Below, in pieces: positions 60,557 to 64,000 of a DNA stretch of 64,000 bases. Position 1 is the stretch's first letter. Every line of letters begins with the position of its first letter. Made by a program: the position numbers and the translations under genes. This stretch comes from the human T2T-CHM13v2.0 reference genome, Homo sapiens: NCBI RefSeq assembly GCF_009914755.1, contig NC_060945.1; one strand, given 5' to 3'. A model generated the notes under the pieces. It searched no databases, was not told the DNA's origin, and worked only from the letters and a program-made list of their open reading frames with translations.

Positions 60557-62294
60557 TAATCATTACTCATATTTTACAAACAGAAAGCCTGAGAATCTGA
60601 GAGATTTTTAAAAACCTCCCCACGGTGACCCACCTGGGCCATCAACCTGCACACATGGTGACAGCTCCTGCTGTTCCCACCCCCAGCGAGCTGACCGACC
60701 CCATCTCCTATAATTGCTTCTCAAGCCATCTCTGTTACCTGGACCAGCCAGGCAGGGACCTGGAGGAGCGCAGGGAGCCAGGAGGGCAGGCAGTTGACTT
60801 GAGGGCCACAGCGGCTGTCCTGGTTAGGTCGATGGCCACTGGGCCCTCCCGCCAAGCCTCACCGGCTCTGCCATCCATGAGGTCCCTGCCTGCACTGGAT
60901 AGGGATTATTGGAGCCTCTGCAGGGAAAGGGAACAGAAGGGAAGGGAACCAGGGGCAAGCAGAGGAGACGAGAAGCAGCAGGAGACCCCAGGAGGAAGGG
61001 GCAGGGAGGCAATGATTGGGGGAGAAAATGGAAAAGAGGGCGAAGGGAAAAGAAAGCCTTGTTTTACTCAAGGGGTGGGTTCAAATGTCACCAGCTGTTG
61101 CTCCAGGGCCCCTGGGGGGACCCCCCAAAGGAGGAGGAAGGGGGTGGCCCACTCTGAGCTATCTTGTGGTGGCACGTGGTTAATTAACTCACTCATAGTG
61201 CTGGAGCCAGCAGGAGCTGTACTATCGGTAACAGATCAGAGTGGCCCACGGACCCCCAAGCCCAGGCCCATGGCAAACACAACGGAAGTTGCTTCAGAAT
61301 GCCTGCTCAAGGATCCGAAGGGCAATGTAGGAACTGGTTCAGAAACTGGGGCCTTCATGGATCAGAGAATTTCTGAAGGAGGAAATGGGATTGGAGTACC
61401 AGCATGAGAAGAAAGTTCCCAGAAAGACACCATGGGAAACACAAGTGCCCACATATTAAAGACGTTCCTGCACCTAGAGCCTCATGCCAAGTGGCCTGCA
61501 GACAACTGCCTGAGAACAAAAGTCTGCAGACCAGAAACTGCCCGAAGAGGCATGAAACCAGAAGCTTTCACCTCATCCGGCACCCAAGAAGGCCCCAGTG
61601 CCAACTCCGGGAGCAGAACCTCCACACTCTTCACCCGGGAGGCACAGATAATTCACATGCCCCTGGAGAGCATGCCAACCACCCTTTCCAGGAATCCACT
61701 GGCCTGATTTGGCTTTTCCGCCAGTGTGGCCAGGGCTGGCTGACCCTGGAACCCATAAACTAAGTGTACTGGGGGGGACAAACGAGAGAGGACACGGCAG
61801 TCTGGGAAGGATAAATTCACAAGCATGAGCATCCGTCTCCGCCACCTGATTATCTTGAGTGTTTCTGAGACCCCGTGTTGCTAACAAGGGCCACTGTTCA
61901 TTGAGCTGATGATATGTTGTAGGTAAGACTGAGACACAGCTGAGACCCAAGGCAGCATGTGGCCTCCTCGCAAAGCAGGCATCCGGAGAGTTGATGTAAG
62001 GCCACATCCGTTCCTTGAAGAAGCACTTCCTAATACTCCCATCTTCCAATAGGAAGCTAGTGGCACTGGCCCCACCCCACCCTGGAGGGCAGAGGCCTTG
62101 GATTTTCTGGGGTGACAGGAGTGGGCTATTGGGTGACACATTTGCTAAGGCAATTGGCTTCGGGTAGGAGAGGGATGTTGGGGGAAGCAACAGAAAGACT
62201 GGCCTAGCGTCATCCACTCTGCACTCCCACCACCGAGCTGAATGACACCAGGACCTCTTAAAGGAGACACAAAAGAATCTTTCAACTAAACACA

Positions 62295-62840
62295 GAGCTG
62301 CTATTCAATGCAGCAGTCCCCACTGAGTATCTATCCAAAGGAAATGAAATCATTCTATCAAAAAGATACCTGTACTTGTACATTTATCGCAGCACTATTC
62401 ACAATAGCAAAGATATGGAATCAACCTAAGTGTCCATCAACAGGCAAATGGATTTAAAAAGTGGTATGTATACACAATGAAATAATATTCAGCCATAAAA
62501 AGAATTAAATCATGTCTTTTGCAGCAACATGGATGGAACTGGAGGTCATTATCTTAAGTGAAATGAACTAGACACAGAAAGTCAAATATCACCTGTTCTC
62601 ACTCGTAAGTGGATGCTAAAAATGTGTCCACGTGCACATAGAGAGGAATGGTGGGCAATGGACATGTGGATGGCTGACGGGGGTAGGGGGCAGATGATGA
62701 GAAGTTAGTTAATGGGTACAGTGTACGTGATTCAGGTGGTGGACACCCTAAAAGCTCTGACTTGACTACTATGCAAACTACACATGTAACAAAATTGCAC
62801 ACGTACCCTGTCAATTGGTACGATAATAATAATAATAATG
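62295..62840 (+). mobile_element. L1 3' end (L1MA/L1PB-type)
   Basis: gcagcactattcacaatagcaaagatatggaatcaacctaagtgtccatca...gcaacatggatggaactggagg...catgtaacaaaattgcac. Confidence 0.9.
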
Positions 62841-63332
62841 AATAAATAAGAATATTTCACACAGTGATCTCCGCACGGCTGGCATTGCCTTAATGAAATG
62901 CTGTCAACTTCCTCCCTTGAATATCCTCAACTGTTAGCAGATTACCAAAGCTACCCTCAGGCAGAGGCCAGAAAACACAGAAGCAAAGAGTTGGGAGAGA
63001 ATTTTTGGCCTACCTGGTCAAGGCCCCTCCCTGCTTGCCTTAGAAATAGGAGACGACCGGCTGCCGCACAATCGTCTCAAAATCGAGGGGTCTGCGATGC
63101 ATTCGGTCAAAGAGAAAGGATTTTGCAATTGCAATCTGAAGTCACGTATCACTCCAAGAGGTTTTTAGGGCTAGTCATTTGAGTTTTTATAAAAAGGACT
63201 GAGAATGGGAGTTACAAAGTGATTGTGAATTCTGAAATGTTCTTACATGCAATACTTTTTTATTGCTTTTAGAGAAACCTGAATGTATTTGATGAATTTT
63301 TTCTCTTAGAAAAATGGAAGGGACATTAAAAC

Positions 63333-63750
<418 letters not shown>

Positions 63751-63794
63751 CACCACCATTACCACCTCTGTGTTAATGAAACCAAAAAGAAATT

Positions 63795-63968
63795 TAGCAG
63801 ATTTTAAGGGTTTTATTTAAAGAAATTATATGTTAAACCATTGAAAATGAGGAAAAGATGGTTAAGAAAACCCAGGATTTCATGAAATATGAAGCTGATA
63901 AGGCGAAGTTTCTTCTTTGGTTTCGGAACACCCGGTGAGCCAGATGCATCCTCTGGAACCAGCCTCTC
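63795..63968 (-). other. TFF2: TFF2 3' UTR with AATAAA at 63812-63817
   Basis: follows the TAA stop on the minus strand; canonical signal; cleavage site approximate. Confidence 0.8.
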
Positions 63969-63982
63969 TTAGTAATGGCAGT
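63969..63982 (-). CDS. TFF2: TFF2 terminal exon coding part, (D)CHY*
   Basis: ttctag|AC TGC CAT TAC TAA; matches the TFF2 C-terminus and the TFF3-TFF2-TFF1 gene order. Confidence 0.88.
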
Positions 63983-64000
63983 CTAGAAGTTTAAATGCAA

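Noticed and set aside
60625-62217. 260-aa (+) and 214-aa (-) ORFs
   Set aside because: Non-ATG starts, no recognisable domain or exon structure; lengths expected by chance in GC-rich DNA.

Overview
Human genomic DNA, recognisable as chr21q22.3. The + strand carries the last ten coding exons of ABCG1 (131-13869: ABC signature, Walker B, H-loop, transmembrane domain, stop) and its 3' UTR. The complete three-exon TFF3 gene lies convergently on the - strand (about 29120-32890), and the terminal exon of TFF2 (- strand) is at the right edge (about 63795-63982). ABCG1 introns contain several minisatellites and a 1.45-kb G-poor CA-type repeat. The TFF3-TFF2 interval is mostly interspersed repeats (Alu, old L1, solo LTRs with target-site duplications, MER30, MER82, Tigger3, MLT1). 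Most ORFs in the supplied track are repeat or composition artefacts. I found no clear new biological system. The best leads are: a fixed-length 42-bp array with an open 14-aa-repeat ORF; distal poly(A) signals that could give a long ABCG1 3' UTR with a miR-33 8mer; a composite direct-plus-inverted local duplication inside an L1; two co-oriented CTCF motifs between ABCG1 and TFF3; and LTR-borne near-consensus oestrogen response elements. Repeat family names come from recall of consensus sequences and repeat boundaries are approximate.
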